Of a stretch of DNA of 64,000 nt, positions 27,147 to 37,631 are shown one piece after another. Under the pieces are notes generated by a model. That model had not been told where the DNA came from. It made no database searches and was given only the letters and a program-made list of their open reading frames with translations. The stretch covers positions 1,494-65,493 of the forward strand of contig NZ_JBQJIN010000031.1 in the NCBI RefSeq assembly GCF_052078695.1. Direction: 5' to 3'. This DNA comes from Lysobacter sp. CA196. GTDB taxonomy: Bacteria > Pseudomonadota > Gammaproteobacteria > Xanthomonadales > Xanthomonadaceae. The position numbers were made by a program, and so were the translations under genes. The stretch's first letter is position 1. Every line of letters begins with the position of its first letter.

Positions 27147-29942
27147 ATGCCCCAACACCGCACTCGCCTCGCCCCGCTCGCCGCCTCGCTCGGCCTCGCC
27201 CTCGCTGTGGCCCTGTCGTCGGCCCAGGCCGAATCGCCGAAGCCGCCGGCCGGGGTCGGCGCCGGCCCCTGCGTCGAGGGCATTTGCGAGTACCGCTTGA
27301 GCAACGGCCTGCGCGTGCTGCTGTTTCCCGATGCCAGCCAGCCCACGGTGACGGTCAACCTGATCTACGCCGTCGGTTCGCTGCAGGAGAACTACGGCGA
27401 GACCGGCATGGCCCATCTGCTCGAACACCTGCTGTTCAAGGGCACGCCGCGCCATCGCGACATTCCCGGTGAGATGAAGAAGCGCGGCATCGGCTTCAAC
27501 GCCGAGACCTCGCTCGACCGCACCAACTACTTCGCTTCGTTCCCGGCCAACGACGCCACCCTGGACTGGCTGCTCGGCCTGGAAGCCGATCGCATGCTGC
27601 ATTCCGACATCGCCCGCAAAGACCTCGACAGCGAAATGACCGTGGTCCGCAACGAAATGGAGAGCGGCGAGAACAGCCCGGTCGCGGCGCTGATGCAGCG
27701 CGTGCGCTCGACCGCCTACCTGTGGCACCACTACGGCAACAGCACGATCGGCGCGCGCAGCGACGTCGAGAACGTGCCGATCGAGCGCCTGCAGGCTTAT
27801 TACCGCGCCTGGTATCGGCCCGACAACGCCACCCTGGTGTTGGCCGGGCGGCTCGACCCCGCCGCCACCTTGAATGCGGTCGCGCGCCATTTCGGCCCGC
27901 TGGCCAAGCCATCCGAGCCGATGCGCAAGTTCTACACCCTCGACCCGGCCCAGGACGGCGAGCGCGACGTCACCGTGCGCCGGGTCGGCGACATCCGCCT
28001 GCTGATGGCCGCCTACCACGTCCCCGCCGGCACTCATGCCGACGCCGCCGCGCTCGGCGTGCTCGACGAGGTGCTTGGCCACGTGCCCGGCGGCCGCCTG
28101 CACAAGGCACTGGTCGAAAGCGGCCTCGCCGCGAGCGTCGGCGGCAGCAGCGAGCAACGCCAGGACCCCGGCCTGATGAGCGCGCTCGCCGCGGTGCCGA
28201 AGGACGGCGATGCGGCCAAGGCCGAGAAGGTGTTGATCGCCCAGCTCGAACAGATTGAACGCCAGCCGGTCACCGCCGCCGAAGTCGAAGCCGCCAGGCA
28301 GCGCCTGCGCAACGGCTTCGAGCTGGCCTACACCAATGTTTCCGGCGTCGCGATGGGCCTGTCGGACGCGGTAGTCGCCGGCGACTGGCGGCTGTACTTC
28401 CACTACCGCGACGCGCTCGAGAACGTCAGTGCCGACGACGTCAACCGCGTCGCCCGCCGCTATCTGACTTCGAGCAACCGCACCTTCGGCCGCTTCGTCC
28501 CGACCGACGCGCCGCAGCGGGTCGAGATCCCCACCGCGCCGAGCGCCGCCACGGTGTTGCAGGGCTATACCGGCAAGACCGCGATCGAGGCCGGCGAACA
28601 TTTCGACCCGACCCCGGCCAACATCCAGGCGCGCACCGAGACCGTCACCATCGACACCGGCGTCGGCAGCGGCCTCAAGCTCGCCCTGCTGCCGAAGAAG
28701 ACCCGCGGCGCCACCGTCACCGTCTCGGCCTCGTTCAACTTCGCCGACCTCGCCGCGCTCGACAAGCGCGAAGTCGCCGGCAGCATCGCCGGCGCCCTGC
28801 TGATGCGCGGCAGCGAAGGCCTGACCCGCCAGCAGATCGACGAGCGTTTCGAAGCGCTCAAGACCAGCGCGCGCATCAGCGGCAGCCTGCAGTCGGCGCG
28901 CATCGACCTGACCACGCGGCGCGAACAACTCGGCGAAGCGCTCGCGCTGGCCGCGAAAGTGCTGCGCACACCGAGTTATCCGGAGCAGGAATTCGAGCAA
29001 TACCGCCTGCAGGCGATCACCGGCCTGGAAGCCTCGCGCCAGGAGCCCGGCAGCATCGCCGGCATCGCCATGGCCCTGCATTTCGACCCCTGGCCGGCCG
29101 GGCATCCGCTGCATGCGATGAACCTGGACGAGTCGCTGGCGGCGATCAAGGCGCTCAAGGTCGACGACGTGCGCGCCTATCACCGCGACCTGTACGGCAG
29201 CGCCGAAGGCCAGATCAGCGTGGTCGGCGATTTCGACCCGGCCGCGCTGAAGCAGCAACTGCGCAGCCTGTTCGCCGATTGGCGCCCCCAGCACGCGTTC
29301 GCGTCGATCGACACCCGCTACACCGCGGTCGCCGCCGAGCAGCGCCGCTTCGATACCCCGGACAAGCCCAACGGCGTGTTGCTGGCGCGCGCCAACCTGT
29401 CGCTGAAGGACACCGACCCCGACTTCCCGGCGCTGGTCGCGGCCAACTACATCCTCGGCGGCGGCACCATCAAATCGCGCCTGGGCGACCGCATCCGCCA
29501 GCAGGACGGTTTGAGTTACGGCGTCGGCAGCGACCTCGACGCCGACAGCAGCCGCAGCGGCCGCGACGACGCCGGCAACTGGTCGATCGAAGCGATCGCC
29601 GCGCCGCAGAACCTGGACAAGGTCGAACGCGCGATGCGCGAAGAACTCGCACGCCTGATCAAGGACGGCGTCGGCGCCGACGAACTGCGCGATGCGGTGT
29701 CCGGCCTGCTGACCCAGCGCGAGCAGGCCCGCGCCTCCGACCCGGCGATCGCCGCCGGCCTCGCCAGCAACCTGTTCTATGGCCGCAGCATGCAGTTCTC
29801 GGCCGACCTCGACGCGAAGTTCAAAGCGCTGACCGTCGATGCGGTCAATGCCGCGATCCGCAAGCACCTCAAACCGGAACGGTTGAGCGTCTACACCGCG
29901 GGTGATTTTTCCGCCGCGAAGAAGGCGCCGGCGGGCAAATAG
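27147..29942 (+). CDS. secreted M16 family zinc peptidase (pitrilysin-like, tandem M16 units)
   Basis: Signal peptide. HLLEHLLFKGT inverted zinc motif HXXEH. 931 aa with duplicated M16 active/inactive halves. Confidence 0.85.
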   Translation: MPQHRTRLAPLAASLGLALAVALSSAQAESPKPPAGVGAGPCVEGICEYRLSNGLRVLLFPDASQPTVTVNLIYAVGSLQENYGETGMAHLLEHLLFKGTPRHRDIPGEMKKRGIGFNAETSLDRTNYFASFPANDATLDWLLGLEADRMLHSDIARKDLDSEMTVVRNEMESGENSPVAALMQRVRSTAYLWHHYGNSTIGARSDVENVPIERLQAYYRAWYRPDNATLVLAGRLDPAATLNAVARHFGPLAKPSEPMRKFYTLDPAQDGERDVTVRRVGDIRLLMAAYHVPAGTHADAAALGVLDEVLGHVPGGRLHKALVESGLAASVGGSSEQRQDPGLMSALAAVPKDGDAAKAEKVLIAQLEQIERQPVTAAEVEAARQRLRNGFELAYTNVSGVAMGLSDAVVAGDWRLYFHYRDALENVSADDVNRVARRYLTSSNRTFGRFVPTDAPQRVEIPTAPSAATVLQGYTGKTAIEAGEHFDPTPANIQARTETVTIDTGVGSGLKLALLPKKTRGATVTVSASFNFADLAALDKREVAGSIAGALLMRGSEGLTRQQIDERFEALKTSARISGSLQSARIDLTTRREQLGEALALAAKVLRTPSYPEQEFEQYRLQAITGLEASRQEPGSIAGIAMALHFDPWPAGHPLHAMNLDESLAAIKALKVDDVRAYHRDLYGSAEGQISVVGDFDPAALKQQLRSLFADWRPQHAFASIDTRYTAVAAEQRRFDTPDKPNGVLLARANLSLKDTDPDFPALVAANYILGGGTIKSRLGDRIRQQDGLSYGVGSDLDADSSRSGRDDAGNWSIEAIAAPQNLDKVERAMREELARLIKDGVGADELRDAVSGLLTQREQARASDPAIAAGLASNLFYGRSMQFSADLDAKFKALTVDAVNAAIRKHLKPERLSVYTAGDFSAAKKAPAGK

Positions 29943-29961
29943 AGCCGAGCTGCGGCAACAG

Positions 29962-30019
29962 CAAGAGCAAATCCCCCGCGCCTGCTGCGCAGGCGCGGCC
30001 CCCTCTACAAAGGGGGCAA
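29962..30019. repeat. REP family 2 element
   Basis: aagagcaaatcccccgcgcc...ccccctctacaaagggggcaag. Confidence 0.55.
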
Positions 30020-30175
30020 GGCCGGTGCTGCTGTACTCGGTAACGCCGCCTTGAACCGCGAGCGGGGCTAGATCGGCAAGCGGCAGAGCCGCGGCGGAGC
30101 CGCCAGTGCTTGCCGCTGCAGGGGCTGCGCCGCCCCGCGCTCGCGAAGGCAATCGCAGCCCCGGAGGGCGGCCCA

Positions 30176-30655
30176 CATGGATGCGGGCCGTTTTTCATCG
30201 GGACAGGGATGTCCCGTATGTAGATCCCTGCGGAGGCACCGCTCGTGCGGGCCCTTGACTCAAAGAGAAGCATTTTTCTTTGGTTACCTTTCTTTTGTTG
30301 CTTTAGACAAAAGAAAGTAACCCGCCGCTTTAGTGGCGGAAGCTTTTGGCGTTTGATCTGATCTTGCTTCTCAAGAAGCCACAAGCAAGTGCAAAGCTGG
30401 CGCTCCTGTAGGAGCAACGTAAGTCGCGACCACGTCCCGTCGGCCTTCGGCGCAGCCTTCAGGCAAGAGCAAAGCTTCCGTCCGCTGACGCGGCCGGGTT
30501 ACTTTCTTTTGCTAAGCCCAAAAGAAAGCTAACCAAAGAAAAGGGCTCTCCTTGCAAGGGCACAAGCCCGCACGAGCGATGCCGACGCAGGGATGCTCCA
30601 GACAGGCCATCCATGGCCTGCTTGCGCACGGCCCGCATCCTTGCGGGCCGCCCTA
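30176..30655. repeat. composite MITE-like element: two inverted copies (30176-30325 and 30494-30655) of a ~125-bp two-hairpin repeat flanking a ~170-bp core that contains a GTAG REP
   Basis: The arms share ccaaagaaaa(g)ggc..cgcacgagcg.tgcc..gcagggat..cggcccgcatcc.tg.gggccgccct.cgg in inverted orientation. A third copy lies at 63865-64000. Confidence 0.7.
30396..30434. repeat. REP family 1 (GTAG-type) element inside the composite element core
   Basis: ctcctgtaggagcaacgtaagtcgcgaccacg. Confidence 0.5.
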
Positions 30656-30678
30656 CGGGTCAGCTTTTAACCTGCAAA

Positions 30679-30734
30679 GCAGAAAGCAGAAAGCAGAAAG
30701 CAGAAAGCAGAAAGCAGAAAGCAGAAAGCAGAAA
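30679..30734. repeat. heptanucleotide microsatellite (GCAGAAA)x8
   Basis: Eight perfect tandem GCAGAAA units. The unit length is not a multiple of three. Confidence 0.9.
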
Positions 30735-30813
30735 GCAGAAAGCAGAAAAGCTGATCAGAAACCTCGACATGGCACCAGCAAAAAACCTTACGACAATGAT
30801 CGTCGCTGCTCTT

Positions 30814-30840
30814 GGGTAGGAACGGCGCAAGCCGCGACCG
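30814..30840. repeat. REP family 1 (GTAG-type) element
   Basis: gggtaggaacggcgcaagccgcgaccg. Confidence 0.55.
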
Positions 30841-30911
30841 CGTGACCAGACGCGCCGGCGCCACCGCGAAGAGCTTCGGGCTCGTGCACCAACCGAGCAA
30901 GGTACCGCCGA

Positions 30912-32597
30912 TCAACCCGAGCTCTTGCTCCGCGGCCACGCCGCCAGCAGCGCCCACAGACCGCCGAGACCGGCGATCCACGACGAAGCCGGGATCGACC
31001 AGAGCCTCGGGCCGCCCGATTCCATGCCGTACAGCACCGCCGCGACCACCAGCAGGCCGGTGCCGAGGATCGCCGCGACCGTGCGCCGCACCGCGTCCTT
31101 GATGGTGCGATTGAGCTCGGTGATGTCCTGCGAACGCATCTTCAATTCGTGCTGGCCCGACACCTGCTGGTTGAGCCAGCTGTGCAGCAGGCGCGGCATT
31201 TCCGGCGCGCGCGTCACCAGCTCGGGTAGGCGCTTGCGGAACTCGCTCGCGAGCCGCTGCGGGCTGTAGCGGTCCAGCAGGATGCGCTGTAGCACCGGCC
31301 GCGCCACCGCCCAGATGTCGAGCTTGGGGTCGAGCAAGCGCCCGACGCCTTCGATGTTGAGCAAGGTCTTCTGCAGCAGGATCAACTGCGGCTGCAGGGT
31401 CAACTCGTAACGCTGCGCGGTGCGGAACAATTTCACCAACACCTCGGCCAGCGAGATCTCGCTGAGCGGGCGGGTGAAGTACGGCTCGCAGACCGCGCGC
31501 GTCGCCGCTTCGAGTTCGTCGATGCGGATGTGCGGCGGAATCCAGCCGGCCTGCACGTGCAGCTCGGCGATACGGCGGTAGTCGCGGTTGAAGATCGCCA
31601 TGAAGTTTTCGGCGAGGTAGTACTGATCCTCGTCCGAAAGCTGGCCCATGATGCCGAAGTCCAGGGCGATGAAACGCGGGTTGCTGCGCCGCGCCGGGTC
31701 GCTGTCGACCCAGATGTTGCCGGCGTGGGCATCGGCGTGGAAGAAATTGTCGCGGAACACCTGGGTGTAGAACACCCGCACGCCCTTGGAGGCGAGCGCG
31801 CGCCGGTCGATGCCGGCGGCGTCGAGCGCGGCGATATCGTCGGACGGAATGCCGTACACGCGTTCCAGGGTCAGCGCGCGTTCGCCGGTGTGCGGCCAGA
31901 TCACTTCCGGCACGTACATGTCGTCGCTGTCGGCCCAGAACCGGCGCAGCACGCTGGCGTTGGCGCCTTCGCGCTGCAGGTCCAGCTCGGCGGCGAGGGT
32001 GCTCTCGATCTCGGCGACGATGGCGCGCGGGCGGATCTTGTCGGCGCTGGGATGGGCGCGGTCGACGAGGGCGGCGAGCGCCTTGAGCAGGGCGATGTCG
32101 CCGGCGATCTTGCCCTCGATGTCGGGACGCAACACCTTGACCACGACTTCGCGCGGCGGCTTGCCGTCCTGCGCCGGCAACCGCGCCGCATGCACCTGGG
32201 CGATCGAGGCCGAGGCCAGCGGTTCGATGTCGAAGGATTCGAAGGCCTCGCCGATGCGGCGCTCCAGCGCGTCCTCGACGATCTTGCGCGCGGTCTCGCC
32301 GTCGAACGGCGCGACCCGGTCCTGCAGCAGGGCCAGCTCGATCGCGATGTCCGGCGGCACCAGGTCGCGGCGGGTCGAGAGGATCTGCCCGAACTTGACG
32401 AAGATCGGCCCGAGTTCCTGCAGCACCAGGCGCAGGCGCGCGCCGCGCGACATCGCCGCGATCTCGTCGGAGGCGCGCGGCACGAACGGGCGCGCGAGCT
32501 TGAGCCAGCGTTCGACCGGGGTGCCGTCGAGCAGGTCGTCGAGGCGATAGCGCAGCAGCACGCGGCCGATACGCCAGGCACGCACCGCCGACCTCAT
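30912..32597 (-). CDS. ubiB: ubiquinone biosynthesis protein kinase-like regulator UbiB
   Basis: [33 protein letters not shown] and an ABC1/UbiB kinase-like domain. C-terminal TM helices. Confidence 0.9.
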   Translation of the reverse strand: MRSAVRAWRIGRVLLRYRLDDLLDGTPVERWLKLARPFVPRASDEIAAMSRGARLRLVLQELGPIFVKFGQILSTRRDLVPPDIAIELALLQDRVAPFDGETARKIVEDALERRIGEAFESFDIEPLASASIAQVHAARLPAQDGKPPREVVVKVLRPDIEGKIAGDIALLKALAALVDRAHPSADKIRPRAIVAEIESTLAAELDLQREGANASVLRRFWADSDDMYVPEVIWPHTGERALTLERVYGIPSDDIAALDAAGIDRRALASKGVRVFYTQVFRDNFFHADAHAGNIWVDSDPARRSNPRFIALDFGIMGQLSDEDQYYLAENFMAIFNRDYRRIAELHVQAGWIPPHIRIDELEAATRAVCEPYFTRPLSEISLAEVLVKLFRTAQRYELTLQPQLILLQKTLLNIEGVGRLLDPKLDIWAVARPVLQRILLDRYSPQRLASEFRKRLPELVTRAPEMPRLLHSWLNQQVSGQHELKMRSQDITELNRTIKDAVRRTVAAILGTGLLVVAAVLYGMESGGPRLWSIPASSWIAGLGGLWALLAAWPRSKSSG

Positions 32598-33253
32598 GCG
32601 CTGCGTCTCGCGCGGTCGCGCAGGCGCGCCACGCGTGCGGCGGCGCGCTCGACGTCGTCGCGCAAAGTGTCGACGTCGTCGTGGAAGGCGTTGAGCTCAT
32701 CGCGCGGCACCACGTCGCGCGACTCCTCGGTGACGTATTCGGCGGCATTGCCGGCCAGCGCGCCGACGGCGTCGCGGGCATGGCGCAAGGCGCCGGCGAG
32801 AGTGTTGGCGACCTGCACCCCGATCACCTCGCCGAACACCGCGGTGAAAGGTTGCTGCCAGTCCGGATCGAAGCGTTCGGCCAGGCGCTGCAGGCGCCGC
32901 GCCAGATCGGCGTCGCCTTCGATGCGCAACTTGCCGACCGGGGCGGCATGATCGTTGCGCCCACCGCCGAGCAGGTTCGGCAACTGCGACAGGATCGCGC
33001 CGAGGGTGCTGCGCACCGACAGGTCGGGCTCGTCGCTGTCGCGTACCGGCCCGACTTCGAGGCGTTCGCCGGCCACCACGATGCGCAAAGCCAGCGGCGG
33101 CGACGCCAAGTGCAGGGCGACGCTGCGGCCGTCGAGCGGGCGCAGGGCTTCGCGGGTGTCGGGATCGAGCGCGAGCGCGCGGTTCAACGCGGCTTCGAGC
33201 GCGCGGCCGGCCATCGGCTTGAGTGCGTCCAGGGGCGAGGCGGTATCGGTCAT
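32594..33253 (-). CDS. ubiJ: ubiquinone biosynthesis accessory factor UbiJ (SCP2 domain)
   Basis: 219 aa with an SCP2-like N-terminal region. Its stop overlaps the ubiB start by 4 nt, the canonical ubiJ-ubiB arrangement. Confidence 0.6.
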   Translation of the reverse strand: MTDTASPLDALKPMAGRALEAALNRALALDPDTREALRPLDGRSVALHLASPPLALRIVVAGERLEVGPVRDSDEPDLSVRSTLGAILSQLPNLLGGGRNDHAAPVGKLRIEGDADLARRLQRLAERFDPDWQQPFTAVFGEVIGVQVANTLAGALRHARDAVGALAGNAAEYVTEESRDVVPRDELNAFHDDVDTLRDDVERAAARVARLRDRARRSA

Positions 33254-33287
33254 GCCGCCATTCTAGCCGGCGCACGCCGGCCGGCTG

Positions 33288-34307
33288 TTAGGAGGATGTC
33301 GAGGCCGCGCCGCCGCCCCGGGCGTGCTGGGCGCGCACCCGCGCCAGGCCTTCGTCGAAGCCGACCTGGGGCACGTAACCGAAGTCGCGCCGGGCCGGCG
33401 CCATGTCGTACCAGTGCGTGGTCGACAGTTGCTCGGCGAGGAAACGCGTCATCGGCGGCTCGCCCTTGAGCGGCAACACCGTCCATAACGCCTCGCAGAC
33501 CGCGCCGATCGCATAGGCGGCGCGGAACGGCAGGGTCTTGTCGGCGGTCGGCGCGCCGACCGCGGCGAGCAGGCCGTTGACCGTCTCGCGCACCGTGCGC
33601 GGCTCGCCGTTGCTGATGAAATAGGCGCGGCCGGCGCAGGGCGCGCCCGGGGCGAGATGCTCGAAGGCGTCGAAATGCGCCTGCGCGGCGTTGTCGATAT
33701 AGGTCGTGTCGATGCGGTTGTGGCCGTCGCCGACGAAACGCAGGCGGCCGCTGTTGGCGCGTTCGACCAGGCGCGGCAGCAACTGGTTGTCGCCGACGCC
33801 CCAGATCAGCCGCGGGCGCAGCGCGACCGTGGCCAGCTCCGGCCCGTTGGCGGCGAGCACGGCTTTCTCGGCGATGGTCTTGGTGGTCGCATAGGCGGCC
33901 TTGAAACCCTCGCCGTAGGGCACGGTCTCGGCGGTGCCGCCTTCGACCGGATGGGTGGCGCGGTGGGTCACGCTGGGCGTCGAGGTGTAGACGAGTTTGC
34001 CGATGCGGTGCGCGCGGCACGCCGCGAGCACGTTCTCGGTGCCGACCACGTTGGCCTGGTGATAGCTGTGATAACTGCCCCAGGCGCCGGCCTTGGCGGC
34101 GTTGTGGAAGACCGCCTCGCAGCCTTGGGCGGCGTCGATCACCGCCTGGCGATCGGCGAGATCGCCGCGCAGCTGGATCACGCCCAGGGGTTCCAGCGCC
34201 GGATACAGGCCGCGATTGAAGCTGACCACTTCATGCCCGCGCGCGACCAGGCCGCGGCACAGCGCCTGCCCGAGAAAACCGCCGCCGCCGGTGACCAGAA
34301 TCTTCAT
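33288..34307 (-). CDS. oleD: NAD-dependent epimerase/dehydratase, 3-beta-HSD family (OleD-like reductase)
   Basis: [20 protein letters not shown] Rossmann motif and YxxxK. Directly downstream of OleC/OleB-like genes. Confidence 0.6.
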   Translation of the reverse strand: MKILVTGGGGFLGQALCRGLVARGHEVVSFNRGLYPALEPLGVIQLRGDLADRQAVIDAAQGCEAVFHNAAKAGAWGSYHSYHQANVVGTENVLAACRAHRIGKLVYTSTPSVTHRATHPVEGGTAETVPYGEGFKAAYATTKTIAEKAVLAANGPELATVALRPRLIWGVGDNQLLPRLVERANSGRLRFVGDGHNRIDTTYIDNAAQAHFDAFEHLAPGAPCAGRAYFISNGEPRTVRETVNGLLAAVGAPTADKTLPFRAAYAIGAVCEALWTVLPLKGEPPMTRFLAEQLSTTHWYDMAPARRDFGYVPQVGFDEGLARVRAQHARGGGAASTSS

Positions 34308-34405
34308 CGTCGTTACGCCCGTGAAAGTCGTGAATGCAGCGCGCGGCTGCGGAAACCTTGCGCATCATAGGCCGTAGGCAAGGGGCTTCACCGTATGCCG
34401 GCGAG

Positions 34406-34560
34406 GAAGAGCAAATCCCCCACGTCCGCTGCGCGGCCGTTTGCCCCCTTTGTCAAAGGGGGCAACAGCACGGGCCGCTTCGATGCCGTTGGGTAGCGAC
34501 AAAGACACCTACCCCTCTCCCCCCTTTGGAAAAGGGGGGGCTGGGGGGATTTGCTGTTCC
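34406..34560. repeat. REP family 2 inverted pair in the oleC-oleD intergenic gap
   Basis: gagcaaatcccccacg...ccccctttgtcaaagggggc and the inverted copy cccccctttggaaaagggggggctggggggatttgct. Confidence 0.55.
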
Positions 34561-34623
34561 CGCAAGGCAGGAAGATCGGCTCTGCCTGCCACGCCAAGCC
34601 TGCGTCGATCCGACGCAGCCGCT

Positions 34624-36342
34624 TCAACCCTTGCGCGCCTGCGCCGCCAGCTTCTCGCGCCCGATCTTGGCGTTGTGGCGGATGTCGACCGGAAAACCCG
34701 GATGGAAACGAATGCGCTCGATGCCGGCGGTGTGCGCATGCTGCGCGCCGATCGCACGCAGTTCTTCGGCGATGCGCTCGCACTCGGCGCGCGCCGTGCG
34801 CGGTTCGTGCAACTCCACCCACAGCAGCGGCGTCTGCGCACCGGCGGCGCCGGTGCCGACCAGGGCGGTGCGACGCACCTTCGGGTGGGTGTTGAACACC
34901 GGCTCGACCTGCTCGGTGTACAGCGGGCCATTCGCGGTTTCGACGCGATGGGTCTTGCGACCGCAGAACCACAGCCGGCCTTCGCCGTCGAGATACCCCA
35001 GGTCGCCCATGCGGTGGACGATGCGGTCGAGGTCGCCGCGCACTTCGCGGATCTTGGCCAGATGCGTCGCCGCATCGCGACGGAAATAGCTGTCGGTCGC
35101 GGTCGGGCCGGCGACGGCGATCTCGCCGACCACGCCGTCCGGCAGCACCAGGTCGTCGGACCAGTGTTCGATCGCGGCATCGTCGATGCGGATGATCCGC
35201 ACCTCGTTGCGCTCTACCGCGCGGCCCACGCAGGTACCGGCGCCCTGTTCGGTCGCCGCGCGCGTGGACTGCAGTTCGCGGCCTTCGATCACCGCCACCG
35301 GCAGGCATTCGGTGGCGCCGTACGGGGTCCAGAACTGGGCGTCGCGCGGCAGCAGTTCGCGCAATGCCGCCACCGTTTCCGGCGGCACCGGCGCGCCGGC
35401 CGAGGTCACCCGCTTCACACCCGGCAGGGCCTGACCGTGTTTGGCCAACACCGCCATCAGCGCCGGCGAGCCGAACAGCTGGTCGACGCCGAAACGGTGG
35501 ATCGCGTCGATCAGCTTGACCGGATCGGCCTGCGCCGGCCGGGTCGGGTCCATGTCGGGGATCACCGAAGTCAGGCCCAGCGCCGGGTCGAACAAGGCGA
35601 ACGGCGGAAAGGTCGGCAGGTCGACGCCGCCGGGGGCGATGCCGAAGGCCTCGCCCATCATTTCGATCTGGGCGACGAAATGACGATGACGGAACACGAC
35701 GCCCTTGGGTACGCCGGTCGAGCCGCTGGTGAACACGATCGCGGCGACTTCGTCGGGGCGGGTGTCGGCGAGCTGCGAGGGCGCACCGGCGCCGTCGCGT
35801 TCGACCCGCGCCAGGGTGTCGTCGGCGAGGAAAGCGCGCTTGCCGGTGGTGATGCGGATGCTCGCCGACTTCGCCCAGCCGAGCACGACCCGGGCGACAT
35901 GCGCCAGCGGAATGCCGATGAAGGCCTGCGGCTCGGCTTCGTCCAGGCACTGCCGCAAGGCGCGCTTGTCGATGCCCGGGTCGATCAGCACCGGCACCGC
36001 GCCGGCCTTGAACAGGGCGAACATCAACAGGAAGAACTCCGGCGATGGCCGCACCATCACCGCGGTGCGGGTGCCGCGCACGATGCCGCGCTGGGCCAGG
36101 CCGGCGGCGATCGCATCGCTGCGACGGTCGAGTTCGCCGTAGGTCAGCTCGACGTCGTAGCTCGCCAGGCCGTCGCCGCGGCGCGTGCCCGGGCAACGCA
36201 TCGCCACCCGCTGCGGCGATTGCGCCGCGCAGGCCGGCAACGCGGCGGCGATGTTGCAGGTGTCGTTGCGGCTCGCCGCAGCGGCGGCGCCGGCTTCGCT
36301 GGCGCCTGCTGCGATGACGGGTGCTGACGTCGGGGTCGTCAT
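34624..36342 (-). CDS. oleC: AMP-dependent synthetase/ligase (OleC-like beta-lactone synthetase)
   Basis: ANL-superfamily motifs (FTSGSTGVPKGV, YGATE). N-terminus CNIAAALP...RCPG aligns with the OleC N-termini pattern. Confidence 0.65.
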   Translation of the reverse strand: MTTPTSAPVIAAGASEAGAAAAASRNDTCNIAAALPACAAQSPQRVAMRCPGTRRGDGLASYDVELTYGELDRRSDAIAAGLAQRGIVRGTRTAVMVRPSPEFFLLMFALFKAGAVPVLIDPGIDKRALRQCLDEAEPQAFIGIPLAHVARVVLGWAKSASIRITTGKRAFLADDTLARVERDGAGAPSQLADTRPDEVAAIVFTSGSTGVPKGVVFRHRHFVAQIEMMGEAFGIAPGGVDLPTFPPFALFDPALGLTSVIPDMDPTRPAQADPVKLIDAIHRFGVDQLFGSPALMAVLAKHGQALPGVKRVTSAGAPVPPETVAALRELLPRDAQFWTPYGATECLPVAVIEGRELQSTRAATEQGAGTCVGRAVERNEVRIIRIDDAAIEHWSDDLVLPDGVVGEIAVAGPTATDSYFRRDAATHLAKIREVRGDLDRIVHRMGDLGYLDGEGRLWFCGRKTHRVETANGPLYTEQVEPVFNTHPKVRRTALVGTGAAGAQTPLLWVELHEPRTARAECERIAEELRAIGAQHAHTAGIERIRFHPGFPVDIRHNAKIGREKLAAQARKG

Positions 36343-36346
36343 CGGC

Positions 36347-37279
36347 TCAACTCAAAGGGTGTCGGTCGAGGAAAGCGCGGATCTCGGGCACCAGCACCTC
36401 GGCCTGGTCTTCCAGCACGTAGTGGCCGGCATCGTCGAAAGCCTGCACCTGCGCCTGCGGCAGCGCATCGGTGAAGCCCTTGAGGAAGTGATGGTCGAAG
36501 ACGAAATCGCGCAGGCCCCAGCCGATGAAGGCCGGGCGGTCGGCGTACTCAGGCAGCTTGCGCCCCATCGCCTGCACCAGCGGCCAGGCCAGGTCGCCTT
36601 CGGCGAGCGGAATGTCCTGGACGAAACGCGAGGTGGCGATGCGGTTGGCCCAGGAGTCGTACGGCGCCAGGTAGGCGCGGCGTACGTCGGCCGGCATCGG
36701 CTTGACCACGCCCATGCGCGCGGCGCCGCCGGCGAAGGCATTCAAACCGCGGATCAGGCCGATGCCGATCGCCGAGTCGCGGCCCAGGCGCAGGCGCTTG
36801 GGCAGGGGCTTGGCCGCCGGCAGCGGGAAGGCGCCGGTGTTGGTGATGACCAGGCGTTTGATCTGCTCGGAATGCTTGAGCCCCCAGCCGAAACCGATGC
36901 CGCCGCCCCAATCGTGTACGGCCAGGGTCATCGGCCCGGTCACGCCGAGATGCAGCAGCAGGCGCTCGACGTCGTCGACGCGCGACTGCAGGGTGTAGGC
37001 GTAATGCGGCTGCACTGCGGGATCGTCCGAGGGCTTGTCCGACAGGCCCATGCCGACGTGATCGGGGACGATGCAGCGATAAGCCTTGCCCGAACTCGGA
37101 TCGCGTAGCGCCAGCACCAGCTTGCGCCAGTAATAGCTCCACGACGGATTGCCGTGCAGCATCACCACGACCTCGCCATCGCGCGGGCCTTCGTCGAGAT
37201 AGCTCATCTCGATCCCGGGACGGACCTCGAAACGCTGCGGCTGGAACGGGTAGTCGGGGAAACTGCGGCTGGACGTCAT
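36347..37279 (-). CDS. oleB: alpha/beta hydrolase, haloalkane-dehalogenase-like (OleB-like)
   Basis: Start at MTSSRSFPDYPF. HGNPSWSYYWR and VHDWGG nucleophile elbow. 4-nt gap to the oleC-like gene. Confidence 0.65.
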   Translation of the reverse strand: MTSSRSFPDYPFQPQRFEVRPGIEMSYLDEGPRDGEVVVMLHGNPSWSYYWRKLVLALRDPSSGKAYRCIVPDHVGMGLSDKPSDDPAVQPHYAYTLQSRVDDVERLLLHLGVTGPMTLAVHDWGGGIGFGWGLKHSEQIKRLVITNTGAFPLPAAKPLPKRLRLGRDSAIGIGLIRGLNAFAGGAARMGVVKPMPADVRRAYLAPYDSWANRIATSRFVQDIPLAEGDLAWPLVQAMGRKLPEYADRPAFIGWGLRDFVFDHHFLKGFTDALPQAQVQAFDDAGHYVLEDQAEVLVPEIRAFLDRHPLS

Positions 37280-37631
37280 CGGCGGCTCGTTGGCGGCACG
37301 CGAACGGGCGCGGACCTGGGCGGACAGGGCGCCATTATCGGCTGCATCGGCCGGATGGGGAACGTTCCTGCCGATTTGCCGGCCATTCGCCGCCGATCGA
37401 TGCCGATCCGGCGATAGGGCCGGCCATCGCGGGCAGCGACGCGCGCCCTCGTCTCGTCCGCTCCGTTTGCCCGCTGTTCTTGCCTTCTGGTCGGGTCCGC
37501 TGGTCGGGCCCGCTCGTCCGGCCGATCGAAACAAAAGCTATCGTTTGAACATGCCGGCCCTGTGCGATTGCCGCGGTCCGCTTGTCGCACACTCAGGCCC
37601 CATGACGACTCGCACTCCGCCGCGGTGATCC

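Noticed and set aside
27033-30176. 1047-aa minus-strand ORF antisense to the M16 peptidase
   Set aside because: Shadow ORF with no recognisable motifs. The sense strand encodes a signal peptide and HXXEH.
30552-30845. 97-aa ORF translating the heptamer microsatellite as (KAESRKQ)n
   Set aside because: The reading frame exists only because of the repeat. There is no RBS and the composition is non-coding, so I treated it as a repeat rather than a gene.
30176-30850. Possible CRISPR array
   Set aside because: The repeats are either 7-bp microsatellite units or large inverted (not direct) repeats. There is no regular repeat-spacer periodicity and no cas genes.
33288-37279. Calling a complete oleABCD cluster
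   Set aside because: No thiolase (OleA) gene is adjacent. I annotated only OleB/C/D-like products, with reduced confidence.
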